Source: Gemmatimonadota bacterium (lineage in GTDB: Bacteria; Gemmatimonadota; Gemmatimonadetes; Gemmatimonadales; GWC2-71-9). From it: 64,000 bases of DNA. Made by a program: the position numbers and the translations under genes. This document shows, one piece after another, positions 28,346 to 39,087 of this stretch (within the stretch, counting starts at the first letter, position 1; each line of letters starts with the position of its first letter). A model generated the notes under the pieces. It did not search any database, was not told where the DNA came from, and saw nothing but the letters and a program-made list of their open reading frames with translations. The stretch covers positions 11,996 to 75,995 of the forward strand of contig JBGPPG010000001.1 in the NCBI GenBank assembly GCA_041488455.1, written 5' to 3'.

Positions 28346-28877
28346 GCGGAGCTTCCCCGGCGGCGGTGCCCGCCGTGCCCGCGCCTGCCGCCGGCGCCGT
28401 CCACTCGGCCTTCGGGAGCACGTGCAGCTTCGCGGCCATCGCGTGGTGCCCGATCCCGCAGTACTCGTTGCACGCGATCAGGTACTCGCCGGCCTTGAAC
28501 TGCGTCGTGAACTGGCTGATGTAGCCCGGCACGACCATCGCCTGCCCGTTCGTGCGAACGATCTCGAATCCATGGGTCACGTCGCTTGACGTGAGATGGA
28601 ACGTGACGGGCGTCTCGGCCGGCACGGACAGCTCGGACGGCAGCCACGCGAACATCAACCCCACGACGCGCGCGTGGACCCGGCCCTCCGCATCCACGGA
28701 GACTCCCTGCGGCTTGAGCCGAGGGTCGCTCAGCGCGGTCTTGGGGTCGATCGTCTCGATGTGACTCGGGGGCTGAATGTGATGGCCGAACTCCGCCACA
28801 GCCATCGTCGTGAAGAAGAGCGCCAGCATCGCGGCGACGGCCCACATCCAGATTCGCTCGTAGAGGTCGACGCTCAT
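28335..28877 (-). CDS. Cytochrome c oxidase subunit II (CuA, ba3-type)
   Basis: Start at ATG 28877 (ATGA overlap with the small upstream ORF). One TM helix plus a cupredoxin domain with the CuA motif CNEYCGIGHHAM. Confidence 0.9.
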   Translation of the reverse strand: MSVDLYERIWMWAVAAMLALFFTTMAVAEFGHHIQPPSHIETIDPKTALSDPRLKPQGVSVDAEGRVHARVVGLMFAWLPSELSVPAETPVTFHLTSSDVTHGFEIVRTNGQAMVVPGYISQFTTQFKAGEYLIACNEYCGIGHHAMAAKLHVLPKAEWTAPAAGAGTAGTAAGEAPHGY

Positions 28878-29059
28878 GGCGTCACCGGCTGCCGGGCGAG
28901 ATAGATGAAGAAGTAGATCGCGAACCATCCGCAGACGAAGAGAACGGCGTACGCCCCGACGAACGCGAACGTGCCGATCGGGTGCTTGGGGAGACCTGCT
29001 GGCATTTCGGACATGGCGGCGCTCGGGGAAGGGAGATCCAAGGGTACGGCGCCGGGCAT
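28874..29059 (-). CDS. Small single-TM protein, candidate ba3 oxidase subunit IIa; start uncertain (29059, 29014 or 29005)
   Basis: C-terminal TM helix GTFAFVGAYAVLFVCGWFAIYFFIYLA. Stop overlaps the subunit II start. Position matches the subunit IIa gene in ba3 operons. Confidence 0.5.
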   Translation of the reverse strand: MPGAVPLDLPSPSAAMSEMPAGLPKHPIGTFAFVGAYAVLFVCGWFAIYFFIYLARQPVTP

Positions 29060-29092
29060 GAAAGCGCGACCGAAGGGTTTATGGCGAGATCT

Positions 29093-31096
29093 TCATGGAC
29101 CAGTGCCGGCGGGGCTCCGGCTCGCCCGGAGCGCGTTCAGAATCACGGCGACGTCCACGACCTCCTGAAGCACGGCGCCGATCGTGGGCGGGATCGCCCC
29201 TGCCGCCGCGAAGGCCATCGCCACGCCGCTCAGGCCGAGCCCCACCCAGATGCTCTGCCGCGCGATGCGCATCGTGCGCCGGCTGATCGTGATCGCCTCG
29301 GCGATGCGGGTGGGATCGTCGGCGAGGATGACGGCGTCCGCGGCCTCGGCGGTGATCCCGCCACCGCCTGCCGCGAGCGCGATCCCGACTGTCGCGCTGC
29401 TCAGCGCCGGAGCGTCGTTGGTTCCGTCGCCCACCATGAGGACCCGCTCGCCGCGCTTGAGCAGCGCCTGCACCGCCGCCACCTTCTCTTCCGGCAGCAT
29501 GTTGCCCAACGCCTGGTCGATTCCGACCGCCCGGGCGACCGCATCCGCGTTCGGTTGCGCGTCACCCGAGAGCAGCAACGTGCGCCGCACGCCGAGCCGG
29601 CGCAGTCGATCGAAGAAGGCGGCCAGCCCAGGCCGAATCGCGTCCGCGTACTCCACGATCGCGGCACCTCGTCCCTCGACTGCCACGTACGCCCGCAGCC
29701 CGGCGCCATCCGGCGCGATGCTGGCGAAATCGGCCGCGGCGCCCGGGTACCGATCCACGATGTAGGACCAGCTGCCGACCGCGACGTCACGCTCACCTAC
29801 CTGGCCGGAGACGCCCCGGCCGGGCGCCTCGACGACGTGGCGAGCGTCCGGCATCGGGCCGGCAGCCTCGGCGGCCTCGACGAGCGTGCGGGCCAGAAGG
29901 TGGCTCGAGCCGTGCTCCACGGCTCCAGCGAGCCGCAGCGTCTCGCCCGCGTCCCACGGCGGAACCGGGACTACCCGCGCCACCCGCGGGCGGCCGATCG
30001 TGAGCGTGCCGGTCTTGTCGAAGATGCCGACCGTGACCTGGCCCACCTGCTCCAGCGCGGTCCCGTGGCGGAAAATGATCTGGCGCCGCGCTGCCCGGTT
30101 GATCCCGCCCACCACCGCTACCGGGGTGGCGAGAATGAGGGGACAGGGTGTGGCCACGACCAGCACGGCCAGCACTCTGACCGGATCGCCCGAAACGAGC
30201 CAGGCGCCCGCGCACACGGCGAGTGTGAGTGGGGTGAACCATGCGGCATAGCGATCCGCGAGCCGTTGCAGCGGGGCCTTGCTGGACTGCGCGGTCCGCA
30301 CCAGCTCGACGATGCGCGCATACTGACTTTCGCGGGCCACCGCGAGGGTCTGCACGGTGAGGGGCCCTTCGAGATTGTGGCTGCCGCTCATGAGACGGAC
30401 CCCGGCGCTCGCGCTGACCGGGATCGGCTCGCCCGTGAGCCGGGAGGCGTCCACGTGCGAATGTCCCTCCAGCACAACCGCGTCGCAGGGCAGCAGCTCC
30501 CCCGGGCGGACGAGCAGCCGGTCGCCCACGGCCACTTCCTCGGCGGGCACCTCCTCGACGCCATCCGGGCCGAGCCGGTGTGCGAGCCGCGGAGCCGCCG
30601 CCTCCAGCTCTCGCACCGCCTCCGATGCGCGACCCTGCGCCCGCCGCTCGAGCGCCTCGCCCCCGGTCTGCATCAGGACGACGATCAGTCCGGGGAGGGG
30701 GTCGCGGAGCAGAAGGGCGGTCAGGATGGCGAGCGCGGCCACGAGATCGGCCGCGAACCGGCCGACCGCCACGCCGCGCACGGTCCGCCAGACTACGGGG
30801 GCCCCGGTCAGCACGAGGCCCGCAGTCCAGAGCCGATCGGCCCAGAGCGGAGAGCCGCCCGGGAATCGGGCAGCGAGCCCGATGACGATGAAAGCGAGAG
30901 CCGCCGCCGGGAGGGCGGCGGCCGGGTGGGTCAGGCGGTGGAGAGGCCTGCCGACTGCTCGCCCCTGCGGAGGCTGAAGCCCACCCCCCGCACCGTGCAG
31001 ATCATGGGCTCCCGTGCGGCGAGCGACAGCTTCCGCCGCAGGTTGCCGACGTGCACGTCCACCACGTTGCTCTCCGGGTCGAAGTGCATATCCCAT
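29093..31096 (-). CDS. P1B-type heavy-metal ATPase without an N-terminal metal-binding domain (TPCP / QExxD motifs); start uncertain
   Basis: DKTGTLT, MVGDGTNDAPAL, TGEP, TM4 VVATPCPLILATP and TM6 AVLQEVVDVAVILNALRA. The only in-frame ATG/GTG/TTG before TM1 is ATG 31096, which overlaps the response regulator by 166 nt. Confidence 0.85.
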   Translation of the reverse strand: MGYALRPGEQRGGRARRQPAAEAVARRTGAHDLHGAGGGLQPPQGRAVGRPLHRLTHPAAALPAAALAFIVIGLAARFPGGSPLWADRLWTAGLVLTGAPVVWRTVRGVAVGRFAADLVAALAILTALLLRDPLPGLIVVLMQTGGEALERRAQGRASEAVRELEAAAPRLAHRLGPDGVEEVPAEEVAVGDRLLVRPGELLPCDAVVLEGHSHVDASRLTGEPIPVSASAGVRLMSGSHNLEGPLTVQTLAVARESQYARIVELVRTAQSSKAPLQRLADRYAAWFTPLTLAVCAGAWLVSGDPVRVLAVLVVATPCPLILATPVAVVGGINRAARRQIIFRHGTALEQVGQVTVGIFDKTGTLTIGRPRVARVVPVPPWDAGETLRLAGAVEHGSSHLLARTLVEAAEAAGPMPDARHVVEAPGRGVSGQVGERDVAVGSWSYIVDRYPGAAADFASIAPDGAGLRAYVAVEGRGAAIVEYADAIRPGLAAFFDRLRRLGVRRTLLLSGDAQPNADAVARAVGIDQALGNMLPEEKVAAVQALLKRGERVLMVGDGTNDAPALSSATVGIALAAGGGGITAEAADAVILADDPTRIAEAITISRRTMRIARQSIWVGLGLSGVAMAFAAAGAIPPTIGAVLQEVVDVAVILNALRASRSPAGTGP

Positions 31097-31629
31097 ACCT
31101 TCTCCAGGAGCGTGGTGCGGCGCACGACCTCCTCCGGATGGAGCAGGAAGTACTCCAGCAGCTGGAACTCTTTCGGGGTCAGGTCGAGCGATCGGTCCTC
31201 GACCGTGACGGTGTGGCGCAGGCGATCCATCGCGATCGGCCCGTACCGCAGCACCTCCAGCCGCTCCGCGCCGCCCCGGCGGCGGAGCGCCCGGATCCGG
31301 GCCAGCAGCTCATCGAACCGGAACGGTTTAGCGAGGTAATCGTCCGCGCCGGCATCCAGACCCCGAACCACGTCCTCCGTCGAGTCACGCGAGGTGAGCA
31401 TCAGGATGGGGGTGTGCCGGCCCTCGCGCCGCAACTCCGTGGCGACCTGGAATCCGTTCTTCTTGGGGAGCACGACGTCGAGCAGGATGATGTCGTAGTC
31501 GTAGACGTGGGCGAGCAGGGTCGCTTCGTCACCATCCGGCGCGATGTCGACGACGTACCCTTCTTCCTTGAGGCCCTGCTCGATGAATCCCGCGACCTTA
31601 CGGTCGTCCTCGACGACGAGAATCTTCAT
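30931..31629 (-). CDS. OmpR/PhoB-family response regulator
   Basis: MKILVVEDD...DIILLDVVLP...ADDYLAKPF receiver domain plus a winged-helix domain (LTPKEFQLLEYFL...VDVHVGNLRRKL). Confidence 0.95.
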   Translation of the reverse strand: MKILVVEDDRKVAGFIEQGLKEEGYVVDIAPDGDEATLLAHVYDYDIILLDVVLPKKNGFQVATELRREGRHTPILMLTSRDSTEDVVRGLDAGADDYLAKPFRFDELLARIRALRRRGGAERLEVLRYGPIAMDRLRHTVTVEDRSLDLTPKEFQLLEYFLLHPEEVVRRTTLLEKVWDMHFDPESNVVDVHVGNLRRKLSLAAREPMICTVRGVGFSLRRGEQSAGLSTA

Positions 31630-31686
31630 GCCTCCAACCTGCTTGCCCGTGCATGAACCCGGCTGTAACTGTTCGTGAAGATTTCT

Positions 31687-32940
31687 TCAGGCGTCCGGCG
31701 GCGACTCGGTTGGCAGCTCTACGACAAACCGACCTCCCCGCCCCGGTCGGGGGATGGCGCGGAGCTCGCCGCCGAGGATCCGGGCCAGGCGGCGGGACAA
31801 GGGCAGCCCGAGGCCCACGCCCTGACCCTCACCGACCCCGCTCGTCGCGTACACGTCGAAGATGCGCTCAATGTCGTCGGGCGCAACACCGTTCCCCTCG
31901 TCATCCACCGTCACCGCGACCCTGCCTTCCGTCTCGGCCACATGCACCCGCACAGTGCTCCGCTCCGGGGTGTGGCGAATGCCGTTCGCCAGCAGGTTGA
32001 CCAGGATCTGCTCCACCCGGCTGGCGTCGGTGTAGCAGGTCGGTAAGCCCGGGGCGACCTCGAGGGTGACCCTGACCTGCCTGGCGCCGGCGGCGGGCTC
32101 GACCCGGCCGATGGCTCGGCGCACGATCGGCTCGAGATCCACCGAGCGCAGCACCGGCATCAGGCGATCCTCGTCCAGGCGGCTCAGGTCCAGGAGGTCG
32201 TTCACCAGGCCGATCGCCTGCTCGGCTGATTCGAGCACCTCGAAGGCGGCGCGCGGCACCGAGGCCGGATCCTTGCGGCGGACGAGCATCTCCGCCCAGC
32301 CATAGGTTGCAGCCAGTGCGTTGCGAAGCTCGTGGTTGACCATGGCGAAGAACTGTTCCCGGGAGCGGTGGAGCTGCTGCACCTCCTCCAGGAGCCTCGC
32401 GCTCTCCTCGTGCAGCCGGGCGTTCTCCACGGCCGCTGCGGCCTGAGAGGCGAGCAGCAGGGCGATGTGCTCGTCCTCGTCCGTGAAATGACCGCCACCG
32501 AGCTTCTCCGTGAGATACAGGTTTCCGAAAATCCCCCGGCGCCCGACGACCGGGACGCCGAGGAACGAGTGCATCTGCGGATGGTGGGGCGGGAATCCGT
32601 AGGAATCGGGGTGCCGCGTGAGGTCCGGCAGGCGGATGACCCTGGCTTCCCGGATCACCAGCCCGAGGATGCCGTGTCCTTTGGGAGGCGGTCCGATGAC
32701 GGCTCGCTCTTCCGGGGAGATGCCGTATGTCGTGAAGCTCTCGAGGTACCGGCCGTCCGGCGCAAGCACGCCGATTGCGGCGTAACGTGCCCCGATGACC
32801 GCGGCAGCGACGTTCGCCGTTTGCTGAAGCACGCCCTCCAGCGAGAGCTCCGAGGTGAGCAGCAGGCCGGCGGAGACGAGCCGCTCGAGTCGCTCCGCGG
32901 GGGTCTGGGGCGGTGGCGCGGGGGGCAACGGGTTCGGCAT
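31687..32940 (-). CDS. Cytoplasmic GAF-domain sensor histidine kinase
   Basis: No TM helix. GAF domain (HPQMHSFLGVPVV...GNLYLTEK), HisKA H-box FFAMVNHELRNAL, and HATPase N/G boxes (LVNLLANGIRHT, GVGLGLPLSRRLA). Confidence 0.9.
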   Translation of the reverse strand: MPNPLPPAPPPQTPAERLERLVSAGLLLTSELSLEGVLQQTANVAAAVIGARYAAIGVLAPDGRYLESFTTYGISPEERAVIGPPPKGHGILGLVIREARVIRLPDLTRHPDSYGFPPHHPQMHSFLGVPVVGRRGIFGNLYLTEKLGGGHFTDEDEHIALLLASQAAAAVENARLHEESARLLEEVQQLHRSREQFFAMVNHELRNALAATYGWAEMLVRRKDPASVPRAAFEVLESAEQAIGLVNDLLDLSRLDEDRLMPVLRSVDLEPIVRRAIGRVEPAAGARQVRVTLEVAPGLPTCYTDASRVEQILVNLLANGIRHTPERSTVRVHVAETEGRVAVTVDDEGNGVAPDDIERIFDVYATSGVGEGQGVGLGLPLSRRLARILGGELRAIPRPGRGGRFVVELPTESPPDA

Positions 32941-33008
32941 GGGTCTATTCTAACCGACTTCACGATCGCTTCATCGCCGCGGTGCATCCTTCTCCTAGCG
33001 GAGGAGGC

Positions 33009-33812
33009 ATGCGGCTCCAGCAAATCGTGGTCGCGGCAGACGAAACCGAGGCGAGCCGGAACGCAATCCGAACGGCGCGGTTCTGGGCCCGGCGCGCGGG
33101 CGCTCGCGTCAGCATCATCTCGGTGTGTCGCGTGAAAGCCATGGCGGCCGGCGAAGTCCAGGGTGCGGCGGTCCGCGCCATCGAGCGCTGGGTGGGAGAC
33201 CAGCTCGCCGAGTGGGACCCGTCGCCCCCGGTGATCGCCGAGGCCTCCGGTATTCCCAGCGTCGAGATCGCGCGGTTTGCAGAGGAAGCGGGCGCGGACC
33301 TGCTCATTCTGGGTCGGAAACGGCGCTCCGGCTCTTCCCGACGACTTCTGGGCGACACCGCCGATGCCGTGGCGCGCCGGAGCGCGGTGCCCTGCCTGTT
33401 CGTCCCCGGACCGGACGATGCGACCGGCCGCATGCTGGCGGCGCTCGACGGCACGGATCGCGGCCTCGCCGTTCTGCGCCGGGCCGTCGGTTTCGCCGCC
33501 GCGCTCGATGCCGAGCTGGACTTCGTAACTGTGGAGCGTGCGCTGGCGGACGAGCCGGAACGCCTGGCGAACGACGTTCCGAGCGCGCGGACCGAAAATC
33601 TCATGCGGGCGCTGGGTCCGGCGGCCCGGACGCTCCGGATTTGCCTCGGTGATGTCGTGACGGAGATTCTGAGCGAGATCGAAACGCGCCAGTCCCGCGT
33701 CCTCATTCTCGGCTATCGCAGGGGCGGGCCCCCGGGTCCCGTCGAGGGAGGAAGCGTTGCGCGCCGGCTCACATACCGCGCGCCGTGCGCGGTGCTCACC
33801 ATTCCACTCTGA
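33009..33812 (+). CDS. Tandem universal stress protein (UspA family)
   Basis: ATG 33009 directly follows GGAGGAGG. Two Usp domains (IVVAADETEAS...LLILGRKRRSG...; LAALDGTD...VLILGYRRGG...CAVLTIP). Confidence 0.85.
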   Translation: MRLQQIVVAADETEASRNAIRTARFWARRAGARVSIISVCRVKAMAAGEVQGAAVRAIERWVGDQLAEWDPSPPVIAEASGIPSVEIARFAEEAGADLLILGRKRRSGSSRRLLGDTADAVARRSAVPCLFVPGPDDATGRMLAALDGTDRGLAVLRRAVGFAAALDAELDFVTVERALADEPERLANDVPSARTENLMRALGPAARTLRICLGDVVTEILSEIETRQSRVLILGYRRGGPPGPVEGGSVARRLTYRAPCAVLTIPL

Positions 33813-33824
33813 CCGGGAGGAGCG

Positions 33825-34034
33825 ATGCAGACCAACATCGGACGGGCGGACCGAGTCATTCGCCTGGTCCTGGGTGCCGTTATCCTCGGCCTGTACGGGG
33901 CGCTGCCCGTTCCGTGGAGGTACCTGACCCTGCTCGGCCTGATTCCGCTTGGGACGAGCATCACGGGCTTCTGCCCTCTCTACGCCGCCGTCGGGTGGAA
34001 CCGGCGGCGCCCACCGCGTGGAGGGGTCCAATGA
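33825..34034 (+). CDS. DUF2892 (YgaP-like) small membrane protein
   Basis: 69 aa. NIGRADRVIRLVLGAVILGL...GFCPLY is the DUF2892 pattern. Confidence 0.7.
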   Translation: MQTNIGRADRVIRLVLGAVILGLYGALPVPWRYLTLLGLIPLGTSITGFCPLYAAVGWNRRRPPRGGVQ

Positions 34035-34429
34035 CGTCCGTGATCGCGACTCCGGCGCGGAGCCGGCCGCTGCTCGAGCCGGACCGCCGGGCGTGGTGCG
34101 ACGCAGTGAGGGCGGCGCTCGCCCAGACCCTTCGCCCCGATTCGGGCATCTGGGATCGCTGGGCGGCGGTTCAGTATCTCGAGCGGGACTTCATGCCGCG
34201 GCTCGAGCGGGAGCTCCAGACCGTGAACGCCCGCCTCACCCGGCTGTCGCCGGCGGAGGCTGCGCGGGTCTGGGCGCCGGCGGAGCTGCTCGGATTCCTC
34301 CGCGACTACCTCGTCGAGCTGGTCAGCATGGCTCAAAGCGGCGTGCTGTTCGCCGCCGGGGCGGAAAAGCTCCTGCGGGCGCACGAGTGCTGGTGCAGCG
34401 AGGTGGAGGTGCTGGGCGCTACTGGGTGA
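34031..34429 (+). CDS. Hypothetical helical protein (132 aa)
   Basis: ATGA overlap with the DUF2892 gene. Good coding composition. No recognisable motif. Confidence 0.5.
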   Translation: MTSVIATPARSRPLLEPDRRAWCDAVRAALAQTLRPDSGIWDRWAAVQYLERDFMPRLERELQTVNARLTRLSPAEAARVWAPAELLGFLRDYLVELVSMAQSGVLFAAGAEKLLRAHECWCSEVEVLGATG

Positions 34430-34943
34430 GCTGGTCGGGATTTTCCCGGACCGGCCTGGCCGGGTCCGTCGGCAGACAGGAAAGGATCTTCGCCGCCCGC
34501 TGGCTTCCGCTCGGATGCAGATCGTCGAAGCGGAACGGCCCCATGCGGGTGAAAAACTGAATCGCGGCGTCCACCGCCGGGCGGTTATCCTCCGCGAGCA
34601 GGCGGGTGGCGTAGCAGTCGGCGTCGAGCTCCTGCCGCTGCCGGAGGTTGCTCAGGTCGGCCCGGGGCTCGGACAGCGCGCCGCCGGCATGGCCGTACGC
34701 GACATGCCCGTACTCATGGGCGATGAAGAAGTCGGCCAGCAGCGGCCCCACGCGCTGCATCAGCGTCGGGTTGTAATAGATCATGGGCCGCCCCCGCTCG
34801 TACGCGGTCACCGCGACGTCGTGCAGGGTGTCGGTCGCGATCGGCTGGACGTCCACCAGGCGCTGCGCCGCGACCGCCCGCGCGCCGCTCGCCGTCGCGA
34901 GCGCGGCCGTGATCAGGCATGCCAATGTGGTTGTCCTCGTCAT
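34419..34943 (-). CDS. Secreted HExxH protein (putative small zinc metalloprotease)
   Basis: Signal peptide MTRTTTLACLITAALATASGARA. FIAHEYGHVAYGH contains HExxH. RBS GGGAAGGA lies 7 nt upstream of ATG 34943. Confidence 0.55.
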   Translation of the reverse strand: MTRTTTLACLITAALATASGARAVAAQRLVDVQPIATDTLHDVAVTAYERGRPMIYYNPTLMQRVGPLLADFFIAHEYGHVAYGHAGGALSEPRADLSNLRQRQELDADCYATRLLAEDNRPAVDAAIQFFTRMGPFRFDDLHPSGSQRAAKILSCLPTDPARPVRENPDQLTQ

Positions 34944-34989
34944 CGCTCGATCCTTCCCGGAGCCCTGCTCCTACACGCCGTCAAAGCGA

Positions 34990-35025
34990 ACGCCCCCGCG
35001 GTTCAGGCTCGAATCGCGGGGGCGT
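34990..35025. other. Strong GC hairpin in a long non-coding region
   Basis: 11-bp perfect stem ACGCCCCCGCG (34990-35000) / CGCGGGGGCGT (35015-35025) with a 14-nt loop. On the minus strand it is followed by UCGCUUUGA. Confidence 0.6.
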
Positions 35026-35466
35026 CGGTCGTGCGCGCGAAGAGCGCGCCTACCACATCCGCGACATCCGAGCTCCAATCGGCCAAGTCAGCCCGTTCAG
35101 CTGCATCGATCCAACCGTCAACGTCGCGTCCTTCCCGTCGGGGGTGCGGGTGACTCCGCTGGCGTCTGGGCCGCTCGGGGCGGCCGACCTTCCTATTTGA
35201 CCGTCGTCTCGTCGATCGCGGGGCTTGAGCGCCCTGGGCGCCCCCTGAAGCTGGGCGCGCATGCCTGGCTTACGGCAGCGTTCGACCTCGGTCCACTGAA
35301 GAAGGCATATCCCGTGCCCGAGTGCTTCGCCGCCCCGTAAACGCCTGTGGGGGATGAATGCCGACCGATCGGGCCACCGACCCCCGAGCGCGTTTTGCGG
35401 CACTCGACAACTGCAGGTCCCGGCAGCGATCACGATTGCCGCCCTCCGCAGGGCTGCTTACGTTGA

Positions 35467-38265
<2,799 letters not shown>

Positions 38266-38269
<4 letters not shown>

Positions 38270-39087
38270 CCGACCGAACTTCCGGGCGGCTGCGCGGCGC
38301 CGCTTCGCACGTCATCATCGCTGTGCTCGGCCTCGCCGCCGGCGCCGGCATGATGTGGAACGTTGGCCGGCGCCCGCGCCTCGACGCCGTCACCACGCAC
38401 GGCGAGTGGGTCTACGTGAGATCGCCCGGGTCGCCGGACTCGGTTCGCGCGTACGTGGGCTATCCCGAGCGAAAGGACAAGGCGCCGGCCGTCATCGTGA
38501 TCCATGAGATCTTCGGGCTCACCGACTGGGAGCCGACGGTGGTGGACCGGCTCGCCAAGAGCGGCTACGTGGCCGTCGTCCCCGATCTGCTCTCCTCCAA
38601 GTACGGCCGCTCTCCCGCCGACCCCGACTCGGGGCGCCAGCTCGTCGCCCAGCTCGAGCCGGAGCGGATAACCCGTGATCTCAACGCGGCGTTTGCGTAC
38701 CTGAACGGCCTCCCCGCGGTCCGGAAGGGCGACATTGGCATCATGGGCTTCTGCTGGGGAGGCGGCCAGAGCTTCCGGTATGCGACCGACAATCCCCGTC
38801 TCCGCGCGGCCGTGATCTGCTACGGGCCTCCGCCCGACACCGCCAGTTTCGCCCGGATCCGGGCCTCCCTCCTCGGCGTCTATGGCGAGAATGACGCCCG
38901 CATCGACGCCTCCCTTCCTGACGTGGCCGCGCGGCTCAAGGCCCTTGGCAAGTCGTTCAGCTACGAGATCTTCCCTGGCACCGGCCATGGGTTTCTCAAA
39001 CCGGGCCGCGAGGGATCCGACGGCCCGCAGGTGGAGCGGGCGTGGGGGAATGTCCTCGCCTTCTTCAAGGACAAGCTGAAAGGATGA
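38266..39087 (+). CDS. Dienelactone hydrolase family protein
   Basis: ATGA overlap. APAVIVIHEIFGL, the nucleophile elbow GIMGFCWGG, and GTGHGF. Confidence 0.85.

Noticed and set aside
28982-31339. 785-aa plus-strand ORF
   Set aside because: Antisense to the P-type ATPase and the response regulator, both with unambiguous motifs. The translation is Arg/Gly/His/Asp-rich with no domains.
32655-34031. 458-aa minus-strand ORF
   Set aside because: Antisense to the USP and DUF2892 genes and overlapping the kinase start. Junk composition.
35050-35433. 127-aa minus-strand ORF (GTG start) in the long gap next to the thiC riboswitch
   Set aside because: Rare codons (TTA, ATA, CAA, GGA), visibly lower third-position GC than neighbouring genes, no RBS and no motif. 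I kept the region as a non-coding finding instead.
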